Shown: piece by piece, positions 25,401 through 41,400 of the stretch
Layout: every line of letters begins with the position of its first letter
How positions within the stretch are numbered: position 1 is the stretch's first letter
Origin: Ruditapes philippinarum
Lineage: Eukaryota
Assembly (NCBI RefSeq): GCF_026571515.1
Contig: NW_026857948.1
Location: 1-64,000 of the forward strand
Length of the DNA stretch: 64,000 bases
Direction: 5' to 3'
Position numbers and translations under genes: made by a program
Notes under the pieces: generated by a model
What the model was told of the DNA's origin: nothing
Seen by the model: only the letters and a program-made list of their open reading frames with translations
Database searches by the model: none

Positions 25401-28400
25401 TATCATATAGGAATATGCATCGACCACTAAAGCCTTGATCTCTCCCGCAGAGACAGACTTATAGACGTAGTATAGATATAATAAACTGAGAGAGCAATTT
25501 CGGCAGAAATATTACAGAGTTGTGTAATAATTATCACAATAGAATGAGTAGCAGAGAGTCCATCTCTAATCACACCATATATCACCCGTTGTAAATATTA
25601 CTTGTGCAATATTTCTTTGAATTTTGAGCGGTTGCAACTTTACACGTCTATACATCTAGTACAAAATCTGTTCTATCAAGTAGCAAATTTCAGTATCTCG
25701 TCAGATTATTGAGGAGCACAAAATTGTGTCATGTGGTTGAGACTGATTTGGCTGAATCTATTTATGCACCTTTGTGACTGAGCGATAATGTTAACCTTTC
25801 TAATAAATGAAGATATTTACACATCATGACAGATATACACTGTGAATAAATCATTTACAAAGCCCATTTTGCCGCATCATGAAACATCGATTCTTCGAAT
25901 ATGAGATGTGATTAGTCGGTCGACTGGAACGTAACTATAAATCATTGTGGTGATGCCTGTTGTTATGAATTATTTGTTGAAGATTAGTGTAGTACAGTAT
26001 TTTAGGATAGCTCAACGGAACTTCATTTTGAACAGATGAAACAGAGTAGACAAACTTTTGAATGTAAATACAACATGAGAAAAAGAATATCAGTGCTTGA
26101 CACTACGAATTTGCAGAATTTGAAAGGTGATATAACATAAAACGTATAATATACATCAAATATATATAAACGGAGGATAAGAAAATCTAGAAAAGCGATA
26201 TAAATCTAGCAATGACCGAGTTATAATAAATACAATCAGCAAAAAGTTGAACAAGTAAGATAAAACGAAAAGAACTTCAGAAAATAGTATTTAATTAAAT
26301 TATTATACTCTTATTATGGAGAGTCATATATGAATTTTTAAATGGATATAATCTATTTATACTCAATAAAGAAGTTAAGAATTTAAAAAAGCAAAAGCGA
26401 TTAACAGAATTACAGACATTTTAAAGTTATAGACAAGCTTAATAAATAACCAATAATATAGACACAGACCGCGCATGAGACTCTTATCGATATCACAATT
26501 ATTAATCCATATCACTATACTATAATTCCAGAATATCATATTGCAGATTGACAGGTAATCTATAATGTTAAGACAGCATGGGTAAGATCTGTTGTGAATG
26601 CTAACGCACTTAGATAGTAGCAAGTGTGTTTACTCTGAATTTGACGTCTCTAACTTAGGGAGAAAATCTTTCCGAAGGAAATATCCCTCATCGTGTTATT
26701 TAAAGTAAAAAGTATTATTTGTGTGCTGCACTGTGTTAGGAGAGTAGCTTAATTAATGTCTGAAAAATAGATAGTGACTTTAGTGGTTCATATTAGACAG
26801 CAGATGGATATCCTATCGGAGATCACTCATATGGTTATATGATTAAAGTAAGAGAGTATAAAAGATATTTCGAACACACATAATTTGCCGAACTTGCAAT
26901 ATAATATATGATCACAAGTATTCAAATAGTATATAATTGTGTTGTAGTAAATTAATAAGATATCTAAAATATAATTAAATTAAACATCTCGTTAGAGGAT
27001 AAGAAGTGGTTAAATAAGCTTATTTCCAAAAAGACACTTTTGTTCGCGCCCGTTTTCGTACAAACTTAATCGGAGTACTCCTTCCGATCTGAATTAGATA
27101 ACATTTTTTTTATTGTTGTAATTTAAGAGATACTATGTTCGTTATCTCCATTGACTAGAACTGAAATGAATATCTGTAGACACGATTCCAACTGAGGTTC
27201 TACAACAAAGCAAGTAAAATCACGTGTCATTTAAGACCAACGGTTGTATCTCTTCTATTATCCACAAGTTGCAACACGTGGTTTAAGTAGGAGAAGTCTA
27301 ACCCTCAATGCTGTATCTCTTGTCATCAGATTGCATCTCCTTTAAGCATCGTACATAAATTCACTTAAATAAACTGTATGAGTGTGTCATTTTGAAACTT
27401 TTACAACACTTAAATATGAGATGTCGCAACTATAGACCTTTTGAACTCAGAGCTTATATTTCCTATTAATACTTTGTTATTACCTTGCATAAACAAAATT
27501 CTTATCAGTTCTAATAGAGAGTAAATAATTTATATCGTAAACTTCAATCTATTTGAATAAAACATTTAATTATTTGTCGAGTAAATGACTAATATGCTAA
27601 CGAAGAACGGCACAAATACGATGATGCAAACATATGAGCGACATCTAGAGTTACTGGAAAAAATAAATTTAAGAGTTTTACTGTGGTACACCCTTTTTCA
27701 GAGAGTCCTCTTCTCTTGAGGCAGCGTAGACATAGCAATCATGATACATCAAACGAAGGCGTATAAATTTTTGAAGATCCGGAGGACTTATGACTGGGTT
27801 AAATAGCTGTGCACACATCATGGTAGAGGGGAGAGCTTTATCTCTGAGTAGCTATGCACTGAATAGAGTCAGATAATATACTAGACAATGATATGAACAT
27901 AGAGGATGAATATCTATCATTTTATACACTACAGAATCTCAATTCGAAATCACAGATTAGATATTTGTGGTATGTCAAATAAAAAATTTAACATAAGAAG
28001 CAAACTAACAGTAGACATATCTGTCAAGTTTAATCTACATTTTATAAAACACTTTTTAGACTGTATTTGTGAATACGGAATTTTTGGTTAGCATTAGAAT
28101 GTAGTTTGACAGCAGGGGTGTAACAACTCAATAAGGCACGGAACTGCAATATGACAGAGCACTTGAGTTGCGGAGTAATAAAGACTCAGAATATTAGGTC
28201 TAATGTCTGGCTATTCCTGGAGAGAGATATTGAGCTCAAATGACTGTAAACATTTGTCTAAATGAGGAGAGCGAGAATCGTATAAAACAGTATGAACAAA
28301 CTTCGATAGGTGTCATCGCGAGAGTCGTAATTTTCTGACAATTACATGAGAGAGGATGAGTATTGATAATAGATTTTGAGGATAACCATGATAGTATAAT

Positions 28401-31400
28401 ATAAATGAAGAGAAGTGAGTGTGTCCATAGAGTTGTAGACTGGATTCTGAAAACAGAAAACTATATGTAGAGAGTGATTTACCAGAACTATGACTGTAGA
28501 ATCTTTGGACTTAATAAATTACAACTGTTTTGCTGAAGTGACTAGCCATCTATCATATGTAATTCTAAGTACATCTAGTCCGACTACACTATGAGAGAGT
28601 TGGATAGGTACGTTCTAACATTGATATGTTACTCATCGACAATACTTAAGCAAATTGGGTTCCTATGTAAATGACAGAGTACATTTACATTATTTTGGAT
28701 ATGAACATTAAAGATGTGTTGATTCATAGAGAAAAACATCCTATGCCACTTGTGAATGAATTAAACGGATGATTTAGGACTAAAAATAATGTGCAATTTA
28801 AAGCGATTAAGTAATGTGCACTAGAAAATCAAGAGACTATAAGCATTTGATTTCTTATAGACACTTACCGATTGCTGAGTAAAAAGGACAATTGATTGAG
28901 ATCTATGTTGTGTAACTTTATATGTCATATATATCGAAAAGCAGTGAAGTTCCAAAACATGCACAAGCTGATGTGGGGCGACATTATAAGCAAATTTGGA
29001 ATTAGATATTCTGCTTTGCACGTGCATGACGTCATCAGAAGAGCGACGCCTCCGTGCAATCTCATACAACATCCAATGCGTCATAGATGTAGCTCTTGTA
29101 TATTGACTAAGTGTTATATAAGTCGAGGCTTGTACGTATCTTTAATATAATGTCAAGCCATTGACTATAACAAGAAAACAAAAATTGACATGAGTTATAA
29201 AGTACTAGTTAACGTGCAACTCAAATGCTACTAGGCATTTTACCTGAATGAAAATGACTCAAATTAGCTATATTAATATAAAATACTTGTGATATGTTGA
29301 AGATAGACTAATGTAAGTATCTAATGTAAATTAAATAAAATGATATTAATTCTTGACTACACTCATTAATAGTATGGTTTATTTTTGATATAAATTAGTT
29401 CAAACATAGGACACCAAGTAATATTATTCACTTTATGTATACAATGAACAATCATGTAAATTCGCGCAACATTATAAATATAGATTTTTCTGAGAGCATA
29501 TGTTTACTATACCCAAAAATAATAGCTGTAAGATCAAAAGGTGATAAATTATTCTAATGTGTAACATGAAAATTAATTACTGTGGTCAGAACGGCTAAAT
29601 AGAAGAATTTTTAAAGTTGTTTTAGATAGATATTAAATTAATTCAACGTGTGCTAAAGCTTGCTACTTAATTATCCATAATCAAACAATGAGAGTTTTGT
29701 ATGCCACCCAGTCATACAATAGGAACAGCAGTATGTTAGGTGACATTTGATATATAGTCCATAAATCATAGAGTCCGAAATCTAGTATAAATAGAATGCA
29801 AATGTAGTACTTTAGTTACTTTACGTCCATTTTTACAGCCTATGAATATAAATCTTTCATAAAAAATATTTACTAGCCAGATAAGTAATAAGAGTGAATA
29901 TATAGCTTGGCCTCGATTATCAATGATTATGGTTATAGTAAATATTTTGATCGGGTTTTGTATAATAATAACTTACATATATACACAAAGCGAAGAATAC
30001 TAGATATTTACATCCTGTATCAAAGTTGAACTTTCATATGATCATATGAGCTTCTGCTATAAAAATATCAATCAATATTAATATAATCCAAGTATATTCA
30101 GCATGTGCTTACTATTTGAGAACCTTGGGATCTAATTCACAAATGATGGCGCGAGTTGTTCGGAGAATGATACAAGAATCAACAGAGAAATCTTACTTGA
30201 AATTGTCTTTCCGTTGATGTTTTAGCTACGTCTGTTTCCATATAGTGGTTTGGTTCTTTGAAGAGAGATGACTTAGACTGAGTAATTGTATATTATTGAT
30301 GTATGTAGAAATCTTCGAGTTAGACGGAGATAATTGTATCGATATTATAAGGACTAACAGTATAATAAAATCTAAGACTAACAAATAAACTAAAATAGGA
30401 AGTAATATATAGATGATCATCTCGTACACATATCCTTATTATTATCTGAGCATAGAAAGAAAACTTACAGACTTGCCATAGTATATCGTATGTGCCTTCA
30501 TTATTGACATTAATTATTAATTAATATCAGATTTTGGCATAATCACGAATAGCAAATAATAGCTGACAAACAAGCGTACCTCTATACATACGGAGGCTAT
30601 TCTTGTATAAACATTATAATTACTATTATTAATACTAGTAGATGAGACGCAGTGTCCAGCAAAAATAATGTAATTTGTATAATATATCAGGTGTACGTAC
30701 AGTATTTATTGACCAATCTTATATGAAAAAAGGCTTATCTTTACATCTTTTTGAGATTCAGTTTGAGGAATAGTATAAATAACAATAAATGACATGTTCT
30801 AACTGTATTGATCTGTCCTGATACTAGTCACTTTATTACTAATATGCATCGCAGAGAAGATAGTAATGTAGTCTATATTTGTTTCATTTGAGTATATATT
30901 AATAAAATAAATCATTTAATAATATACACCATAGTTCCATGTAGACATGCCAAGATCGCACTGAGACAATACTAAATTAGTGTACATAAACATGTAAAGT
31001 ACTTGAAGAGTATTTCCTATATTTCATTATGATATTGAGGTATCTTATTGCTACATATTGATTATGCAGTGCTTTTATTATATTTATTTTCATATATAAG
31101 AACATTAGGAGATAAAATTTATTAATAAATCATTAATCACTCGACCTTGATAAATAAATACTATTAAAAATAAAAAAAAGTTCAAAATTAGTACATATAG
31201 CCATGTGACATAATTTGTAAGGAAAGTTGTGGCATAGTTTTATACTAAGTTATGAGGCGAAGAGAGACATCTTATAATCTTATATAGATTACTAAACTTA
31301 TAATATGATATTTTAATAGCTTATATATATTTGTTTAATAATTATAAATGAATAAGATCTTTGAAAGTTTTAGATATAAGAATAGCTATTAATATATAAC

Positions 31401-33539
31401 ACATGAGTTTAAGAGGAGCATATTTAGCTTATATTGAACTAGTGAGAAGGATTTTAGAATACGATGGATTCCACATGACAGAACAGTGTTATACGTTAAC
31501 ATCTACACTACTAGGAGTATAGTAATGAATTTGATATTATTATCTTTGATTGACATTCAACTATACTATGAAAATAGTAACTTATGCAATCATTATATCA
31601 TCAATATTAAATTAATTGTATAACTATCAGTTTTTATATTTTATTTAATATTAGATAGTTACACAATGTTCACATATTTCCAGCCTTATTGACTATTTAT
31701 TTATTAATAATGTGAAGAGCTCCTTTGTAATATTAATCTAATATATTCTAAATAGAATTAACAGTCGTGACTAACAGATGCAACTTGCTCTACGGATATA
31801 TATAATATAAGGCTACATTTGAGTATACTTGTAAATTTTGTAGTATTAAAAACGTTAAGAATTCATTAATATGTCCACTCGGGACTACAGTTCCTATATT
31901 ATTATTATGCACTTTGTTATTGAGAATTATTGAAGGACAGACGTGATCTCTCTCAACAAACCAAACGTTGCTATTCATTTTAAATGATCGTCTGTGTATG
32001 AAGGGTTAATGTGCAATATAATGAAGAGAGAGAAAGGAATTTTGTTTATCCACTCACGAGATTTAAATCTATATCAAGCTATATAACAAGAGCCTAACAC
32101 AAAACGGCGAATCTGTTTCGTCGTGGTAGTTCCACTCACACCATTAAAAGTCACAATCATCAATTAGTAGAAATGTTTGCGTATAGGTCACCTTGTTCAC
32201 AGGATAAACAACTGCACTCGTGCACCAGTGGGAGGTGGTTAAAAAACTAACCTAGGCACCGGATAGCGATGTCATTAGATAGTCGCTGATTTCCGGGTGT
32301 GGCTTTTGATAGCATCAATCTAACGAGTTAGAGCTTTTTAGACATCCGACACACGTGAATGAACAGATGTCTTATAAACTACAATAATGATTCACAGGCA
32401 AATGGAACTTATAAATGTAGTATCCCTTATCTCTAAATGTAAGGTGAATGTAGAGATGGTAATAAAATATAAATGAATAAAAAACCTTGATAAAGTATCA
32501 CTCACGGAATCGTAAGAGAGAAGCTTGTTTGTATCTATGATGAGGGTGGGTAAGGAAAGGAAAATTTAAGATTGAATTCGTTTTGATGTCAAGTTCCACA
32601 CATGTAATTATACGGAGTATACTAAAATAATCCTCATCTATCTAAGTCAAATAAAGCTAGAATATAAGAGCATCACTAACTTGTTAATATCTACTATAAT
32701 TAAAATCAAAAAGATTCTAAATCAAAAAAGAAGTATAATATTATTCAGTTAGACGCTTAGTTTCATCTGATAATATGAGTAAGTTAAAAAAAACTAGCAT
32801 AATATTAACCGATAATATCCAACAGTGATGTAACATTAGAACAAATATGGACATGAGTAATCACATAAACTGAAGTTATATAAAACTCACCAGAATAAGC
32901 TGGGTTAAATTACTATGATATCATAATTAATAGACTCTGAGAGATCCTATGTCATTTGCTTTATCTGACTATGTATTAGTAAAAGTTAATATTTCCTGAG
33001 TTAAGGGCCACATTACGAAGTGCTTAACGCTTGAAATTAGAACTTAATTTCAAGATGTTCAAAAGTGAAGATACCGTATAGCGTAAATGTAAAATAACAC
33101 AAATTGTGTTGTCTACAACCTGCTGACTAATTAATCATGCAGTGTATATCTTTTTATTGCAAGAATTTGTCAGATTATAAATAAACCGAAAAAATCAATG
33201 AGTGAGTTAAATATAGATTTGAATTTGTATTCATTAACACAACTAGAGATATATCATCAGACAAACGCCAGTGATATTCTCAGACACCAATTGAAGATGT
33301 GATCGAATTGTAAAGTGCTGGTACAGCGTCAGGACAAGTAAGAACATTGATTTATGTTTTTAATATCACAAACTGACAAAATGAAAAAGAGAAGCTTTTA
33401 TATACGGTCTTGCAATATAAACGTAGAACATCAGACTTATTATGCTGACTGCTTATATGTATAATATATTCGTATAAAAGTTAGTAGCTTTGTTTGCGCG
33501 TTTTAATTGCTGAATGTGCAACTCTGATGTTATAAATAG

Positions 33540-35480
33540 CACATGCCCGAGGTTGTATCAGAACCCAGTTTTTATCAAGATCACACTAATTGTTAATACA
33601 GACACAGGCCCGGGTTTTAACACGACAACATACCGAAAGTATTCAGACAACTACACTAAGTTTATCAGGAGCACACCTAATGTATCTCAGACACAGTAGT
33701 GATTCTTCTACTTAGTTTTAAGTCCTAGAAAAAACCATAAGCAGTTGCTATAGAGTAAGATTATTCAGTAACACAGTTTATTATGGTATCGTTATTCAGA
33801 CACATTTTAGTTTAGTTTATTTTTCTTAGGCCACACTCAGTTTTGAATATAGATACATCTTATAGCTAAGTTAATAGTGCACCTACAAAATGAAAATACC
33901 CGCACGATATTCAAAGCACATCATATACATACGCCCACTAAGTTATCCAGCAATCTTAACCATAAGTTTATCTCTCAAGACAAACTCTCAAATGATTAAC
34001 AATCAAATAACATATTGCGATAAGTTTCAACCAAGAACACACTAAGTTTATCGACACAACGTAGGATTAGTGATATTAACGAAGACAAAATTTAAAGATT
34101 CCTAGTTTATCAGCACACCCAGGTTTTATCAGTGTTGACAACACTTCATTATGTTTGAGGTCATATCAGACCCACTAAGTTTATCAGACACAGGACCTCC
34201 AAAGTTTATTCAGAACGCGCTGAGAGAATTTTGATAATCCAATTCTCCAAATAGAGTACACACCATGTTTATCAGATAAACTACTCACCTTAGTTAGGTT
34301 TTTAGCTCAGGAACAATCGACATTCAAAGTTATGAATCAGACATTCAACATCTCAAACTAAGGTGTTAATAATACTCACGAGTTTTCACTTTATAGTTGT
34401 AGTTACAGTAACATTAAGTCTACTCTAGGAGTTTTTATTCTAGCACACACGAAAAAGTTTTTGATCCAGACCAACAACATCATTTTTAATCGAAAACCGA
34501 ACCCAGATTAATAGAGACACAGAGCAAACCTGAACGTTTTTATAACAGAACCACACGGTTATACTATTCTGGCTGACACTTATTAGTTTTAGCATGTATA
34601 TCATTAATATAATGCTAAAAATTGGCGGCAATACCTTCAGGTGTTCAAATCTCTAGTAACCAACCATTCACAAAGGTTATGCTACGAGACCACGAAAAGT
34701 ATTCAATCAATAATCAACACAATACAATGCAATGTATCAGACACACCAGGTGGACTTATCAGACAAACAATAGTTTGATGAGAAGTTTACTAAAAACTTG
34801 GGTCAAAAGCTGTTTATCAGACAACACACCTATGTATATCTGCATACACGATATGAGATAAAGTCACAGAGCACACATCATGTAATACATTTAATTCCAA
34901 GTACGCAATCACCAAGTTTTTAAAATACACTTCCAGACCACACTTGCTGCAAGGTTTTATTACCTACAGTAAGATTTTTCATGAAACATAAAATTTCCTT
35001 TTTGATCCCTCACTATGGGTAAGTCTAAACAACATAATTAAAGAACGTATTTGATCAGATTCATCATACTACAACATTTATAAACATGTGTCATTAAGAG
35101 TACACAGGGAGGGTTGGTAGGTACGAAACACACACATATAGTTTTTACGGTGAAGACACAGACGCTAGTTTTTGTTATGTGAAGAACAACTAACCACCTA
35201 TGATATTAATAATTACGATAGCAAACTAGTGTAATAGTTTATAAGACACAATATAATGTATCTTATATCTTAGATAGATATCCATCCTAGAAGTCATCAG
35301 TATCAGCAACCTTTAGTTTACAACACACACTCTATGATATAATCGATCACATCAAACGTTATATAGTATCCCCTATAGAGTTCGAGATCGAGGGAACAAT
35401 ATCTTCACCTAGAACAAACTAGTTTAATCAGGCTTAGCATCACAGCACAGGTACTATTCAACTTACAGGACACCAGTCGC
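33540..35480. repeat. Degenerate tandem array, ~20-bp unit approx. CACTAAGTTTATCAGACACA
   Basis: Many recurrences of actaagtttatc and tttatcagacac, e.g. ~33654, ~34040, ~34173, ~34268, ~34812. Units are heavily indel-corrupted. Confidence 0.75.
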
Positions 35481-38400
35481 ATTTAGTATGTTATGAGAAT
35501 TTAGATGTACATAAGTTCGACAGAACTATATATCTAAATAAAAGAATGAAAATTAAACTGCACATATGTATAACACTATGTAACACACACTCTAACACCC
35601 ATCTACTACAATGAATATGCATTTTAAATAGATTAGAACAGACAGTAGTCTTCGTGTTAGTCACAACTGAAAAATTGAACCCATTACAAAGAACTTCGCA
35701 ACTCGATATTTGAATATAAAAGAATTACTAAAACATAATTCAAAAACATGCTTTTACTAGAATATATAGTTTGAACATATCATCATGTTATGTCCGTATA
35801 GCTTGAATTGAATTTAATATTTGTTCAAGAACTACTTCAATATTATGTTAAATAAAAAAGCTTCACACATCAACACTATCACATAAAGCTTTAATTAATT
35901 AGTCAACTCTACTAATCAATGTCTAAGATTTATACAAAAAGTATATATACAATAATAGCTTAATTAAAAAATATATAAAAGCTCAGCAAATTAGCAGTAA
36001 GATATTACTTTAAATCATTATAAGTAATTTTATACTCTGTCAGTAGTATTATCACAGTGATCACAACTCTTTCAGTCTAGGGGTTTACTGGCTTGTTTAG
36101 TGAAGAGTACTATTCTTAACTTAGTTGTTAGGTTTGACAACACTCCTGCGAGAAAAGACAATGGATATAATCATACCGGAGTAAGAGAACAAGCGGAAAG
36201 CTTTCCGTTATTAATCATTATATCAATGACAATCACGACATGCTATATATAATATGTCCGAGCAGAAACTTGAATATCCAAAACGAGAGAAGTAGATAGA
36301 GTCAACTCGTATTTTGACCTAACATATCACGGTATTATTCGATACAGTATAAGAAATAATACGAATACCTAAAGTGGACGCCACAAACTCCTCGTAATAT
36401 GACACTACAGAATCAACTTTATACACTTACGGGGTAAATATTGGCATGGATATAATCGAACTCTTCCGTACATATCAGTTTGATTAAATTTTAACGTAAA
36501 GGAATCCAAGTTTTTAATGTACATTACAAGCATAGTTTGCGCAGATATACACATATATTAATAATTATACGGATTATAGTTACTGACGTATTACTGCGTA
36601 GAAAACAGCAAAATCCAGTGTATTTTCTTAGTATGCTAACTCACACAATGTGCGAAAATGAGAACTGTCAGTCAGCTATCAAAGAAAGCCTGCAAAGACA
36701 TCCGAGACGGAATGTGATAAAACATGCGTCATACCAACGAGAATATTCTTACTCGTTAAGCTTCAGAGATACCGCTGATGAGAGTAATCGTAGTGCAATA
36801 TCATTAACTCGAGATATGCAGAGTATTGGACGAATGGTACAATAGGGTACGTATATATTCTTGAGATCAATTTTGCTATAGCTACACTAGAGTGAAATCA
36901 ATGAGTTAGTTTATCTCATGAGCGTAACTTGCAATTATCTATGAAGCACTGTTCCTAATCAAGCTTTATAGTTAAATACTGATGACATCACTATGATCTG
37001 TAGTAGGTAGCCAAACATGAGAATGATAAATTAAAAATGAAATGTGGATACGTATCAACGATCTAGAAAAATTAAAACATTAATAAATGAAAAAATCGTC
37101 AATCCATGTGAATTTGTGCAATAATCGTGAGCATGTCAAAAATATATATTTAGGTGATAACTACTCCTAACGATAAAGAGAAATTAGCTTCGGATGTCCA
37201 CACATTCATCAGATATTAAAGGAATCACTTGTTTACGTGTTAAGTAGAAATACATGTTGAAAATCGTATGATCCTGACTTTCACTGTCAAAATTATAATG
37301 AATCAATATCTCCAAGCAATGACAAATCATCACTCAATCAGCATTGATCACAGTATCCATAGAATTCATATTCAATTACGATCTCAATGATCATTGGTAC
37401 ACACGCAGTAAGAATCATTCGATCATTCTTTAAACATATACTGCCGTCTCAGTTTGCATTGTTATACTATTCACTCGCCTCATCTGAATCTACGATGAAG
37501 ACTCCGCCCGAAATTAAATCAGGGCGAAATACAAAATCATCAAACTTTCAAATATTTGATTTCATATCTATGTGCCCAGACATGATTGTGACGCATTGTT
37601 CATTGCCCATTTTCTCTTTGAGCCTCTATTCATGGTGACCATCTACAATTACAATCAATCACAAATCATGTTACCCAATAACCATCTATTGAAGTTAACA
37701 TAAATTTACGACAATATTAATCAATTTCAATTTTCGAATGCATATAAATATAGTTCATGTTGGATACATAGTAGCATACACTCCTGATCCATAATCGTAC
37801 TTCATTTATCTACACTAAATATTTTATAAGATTTTAGTTAATTATTTATCTATTTAATTTATTTTATTAATAAAATAGGCTATAATAATATAATACTTGT
37901 ACTCGTTCTATGTAAATAAAAATCAAACCAATGATAATCTGTCTTCATTCATTCATTTCATTCAATTTCATTCATCATCATTTTTTCATTCATTACATTC
38001 ATTCATGTCTCCATGCATCCATCATTCATAAGTTTTCATGACACGCAATATCGTCTATTATGAATTCATCATTGGCTTAAGTGCACGATCATACATGCTT
38101 GAGCAAAAACTCTAGAGTGCATGACCTATCTCATATCACAAGTGCTATTTTGCTGCATAATATAGGTATATCACAATCACGTTCATTTCTTAAATTGCAT
38201 CACATTCATATAATCTTGATTTCACGACATCAATGAGTACGTTTCGTTTCTTTCATCTAGTCTACAAACAAACTAAATTTCAAGATAAACAAAAACAATC
38301 ATTCAATTCAATGAAGCAGCATCTCGAGAGTACATTCGAACATAAGCTATACCATAATTACAATTACCTTATAGTTTCATATTTAGTCATCATTACCACA

Positions 38401-41400
38401 TTTCAATTACAAATATCTATCTTTGAACTGGTCAATTATTCAAGGTTTGGCATTATTGTCTCAGTAAAATCTATGCGATTTATTAAATCTAACACAACAT
38501 GATTATATCTCCAAGTTAAATACTCGTTCTAATATGTACATTAATTACCTATACATTATCATAATTTTTCAGAAATACGGATGATACTACCCCTCATAAT
38601 ATTCTTAAATATTCGAGCTATAATAATTAACTTTTATTATTATAAATAATATTATTGGATATTTCCGTATCTCTACAGTTATAGTAACGTAGATCAGTAA
38701 AATTACAATATTTTTAGTATATGTATATTGTCAATTCCTATTAAAAAGTTTCAAGGCACACCATGACAAAGGATTGCGTTTTCCAGCAATAAGGAAATGT
38801 TAATGAAGTTCTCGACGGTACAGTACACCTGATAATTCATTCTTGAGGAGATTAGTATTATCGTGCATACTGGAGACAGCGAGTATCACATAATTATGTT
38901 ATGTATGACCAAAGTAGAGGAACGTTTGTGTTAATAGGACCTGAGCAGGTGTTAGTCTATCAATCTCGTCTAAGTCCTACAACACGCTTAAGCTATGAAA
39001 TGTTGGAAAGAGAGTAGGAACATTTAGGTATCTGACTATTGATCAGCAGAATGGCTATTTACAATCAAACTATTATGTCATTAAATGAAGACTGAATAAA
39101 TAGAGCTGTTACCGTAAAATAGATCAAAATTAGCGAGAGGAGAGGAAAAAAGATAATTTCAGCGTTCAGAGATAGTTCGTCATCAGAGAGTTTTTTCATC
39201 TGTACTATCCCAATTACGCGCTAGAGCTTGATTTTATTTATGATCTCGTCTTGTACAAGATTAATTTATTACATGATATTCCAGACTTTAATGATAATAT
39301 TCTTAGCATTATCACAATGATTTATTATATATTACATATTGTAAGAATAATATGTAATTAAAACTTATTAAAATAAATGAAATAAATATAGATGACTATT
39401 CAGATCTAGAGTAGCAAACTGAGAAATATATTGAATGTTTATGTTGAATAAAAATAGAGAGTAATGATATCTATGGAATTGCATGGACGGTGAATGTATA
39501 TGAGTGAGAAGATTAACAGAAATATCGCCAAGGATAGGTAATGGAGATTTGTACTTGAATCTGATTACATTGTATATACATAAACAATAATACTGAGAAA
39601 ATAGAGGACGGAATGAATAGAGATTAGAAATTGGAAAGTAATATACTGCAGAGTGAATGATATGAGTGTCTTGATCATGTGATTCAGAATATAGAGATTT
39701 ATTTATGTAGATAGAAAAGTAACCTAGATTATAGCATAGCATAGATCAATATGAGAATGAATATGCAATGCAAGAAAATACAATTGTACTAGAAATGAAA
39801 CTAGAGAGGACGAAATGACATAGATAATTGAGGATATTCAATATCTGGATCCGGAGACTGAATTATTTACTATGAATCAAGACACACAATTATTTATATT
39901 GAGATTGATAAAGTAAAGTGGCCACAAAACAAAAAGGCATAAAATGGGTATGTACTTTACTATATATAACTCTAACTTCAATATAGTAAATAATACAATA
40001 TAAATGAGAATTAATATAAAGATCCATAGGCAGAATATGAAACTGCGTTTAATTATGAGTGGTATGAAAAATGTTATCTATAGCTTATTGAATAAGTCTG
40101 TGTTATTGGAGCAGGGAACGTAAATGGACGATATCGACACTAATGAGAATGAAACTCAGAACGTAGATGATAATGATAATTGATGAGTAAATGGAGATGA
40201 ATTGATTTTAAAGATTGTGCAAGAAAAGCCATGAATAATGAAGATGAAAATATAAATGAATTGATAATTAGGTGATATGAAGAAAATTTGAGTAGACAAA
40301 TAATATGGAAATGAATCGCAACTTTGAAGAGATGAATGAGTAGGACTCGAATGAAATGATAGCAAGTGAATAAAAGGAGAGACAGAAAGAGAGAACTGAA
40401 TGAATGACATGGGTAAGTGGTGAATTAATGATTAGATCATTCGAGACTGTGAGTGGTAAGCTGATTTTTATTTTTACCTAGCACATACAATTGTATGATA
40501 TTCACAGAAGACGTACTGATCCACACCACATAATTCGCACAGCTAAGAGAATTCACAATATTGAAATTACATAAATGTCGTGTAATAACTTGTGGAATCA
40601 AGATACACGAGACCAGCAGATCTTTTCTATACGGAGGTGGTATATCAATAAGCAACATTCATACAATATCTTCTCTGATCAATCTCATGTACAAGAGCTG
40701 GCACTTTATAATGCGTCATCCGAATTACCAGAATATGAGATTTTCAAAAAGTGCGAGAAATCTGAAAGCAAAAAGGAATTCATTTGTTGAAAAGGATACA
40801 CTCAAGATTGTTGTAAAGTATTAAGCAATTTATGCTCCATCCATCTTGGACTACAGAAATTAAAATATTCGGTTACAGAAAGAAAAAGAAAAGTAGAAAA
40901 AGAATATTATGACCAACAAAATGCTGATATCAAACAGTTAGATTTTATCAAGTCATCAACATAATGATATGCACGAGGAGATAACATTATTCGGCAAATG
41001 TTAATAGATGATAAAACTGACAAATACGATACTTTCTTGATCAATGATCAAGCTCAGGTCGTTCATTTGTAATGATATATAAGATTTATATTCTAAGCTA
41101 AATTACAACCAGCGAGGAATAATTTACAAGAATAGCTACAGTAATAATTCTGTCGTCTGCATGTATAAAATTCTACATGTGTCGGGGACCCTGATATCTT
41201 AATCCACTTATCGTCTTGAATAGTAGCAAGCATTGCGTACGAGCTCTCAGACAAAAATATGAGCATGGGATAATAAGAATTGGAACTCTTGGCTAGTAGT
41301 ATACAATAGAGATCCTGATAATTTTACGAGCTAAACGAAATACGGAATTTCGTAGTTAGTAAGATGATAATATAAGATTGAGTTACAAAAATTTCTATCG

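Noticed and set aside
33540-35480. Repeat-spacer (CRISPR-like) appearance
   Set aside because: The variable segments are corrupted copies of the same unit, consistent with a noisy satellite.
39368-40824. ORFs of 70-124 aa in both orientations
   Set aside because: Low-complexity translations of degenerate GAAT-rich sequence with no recognisable motifs.
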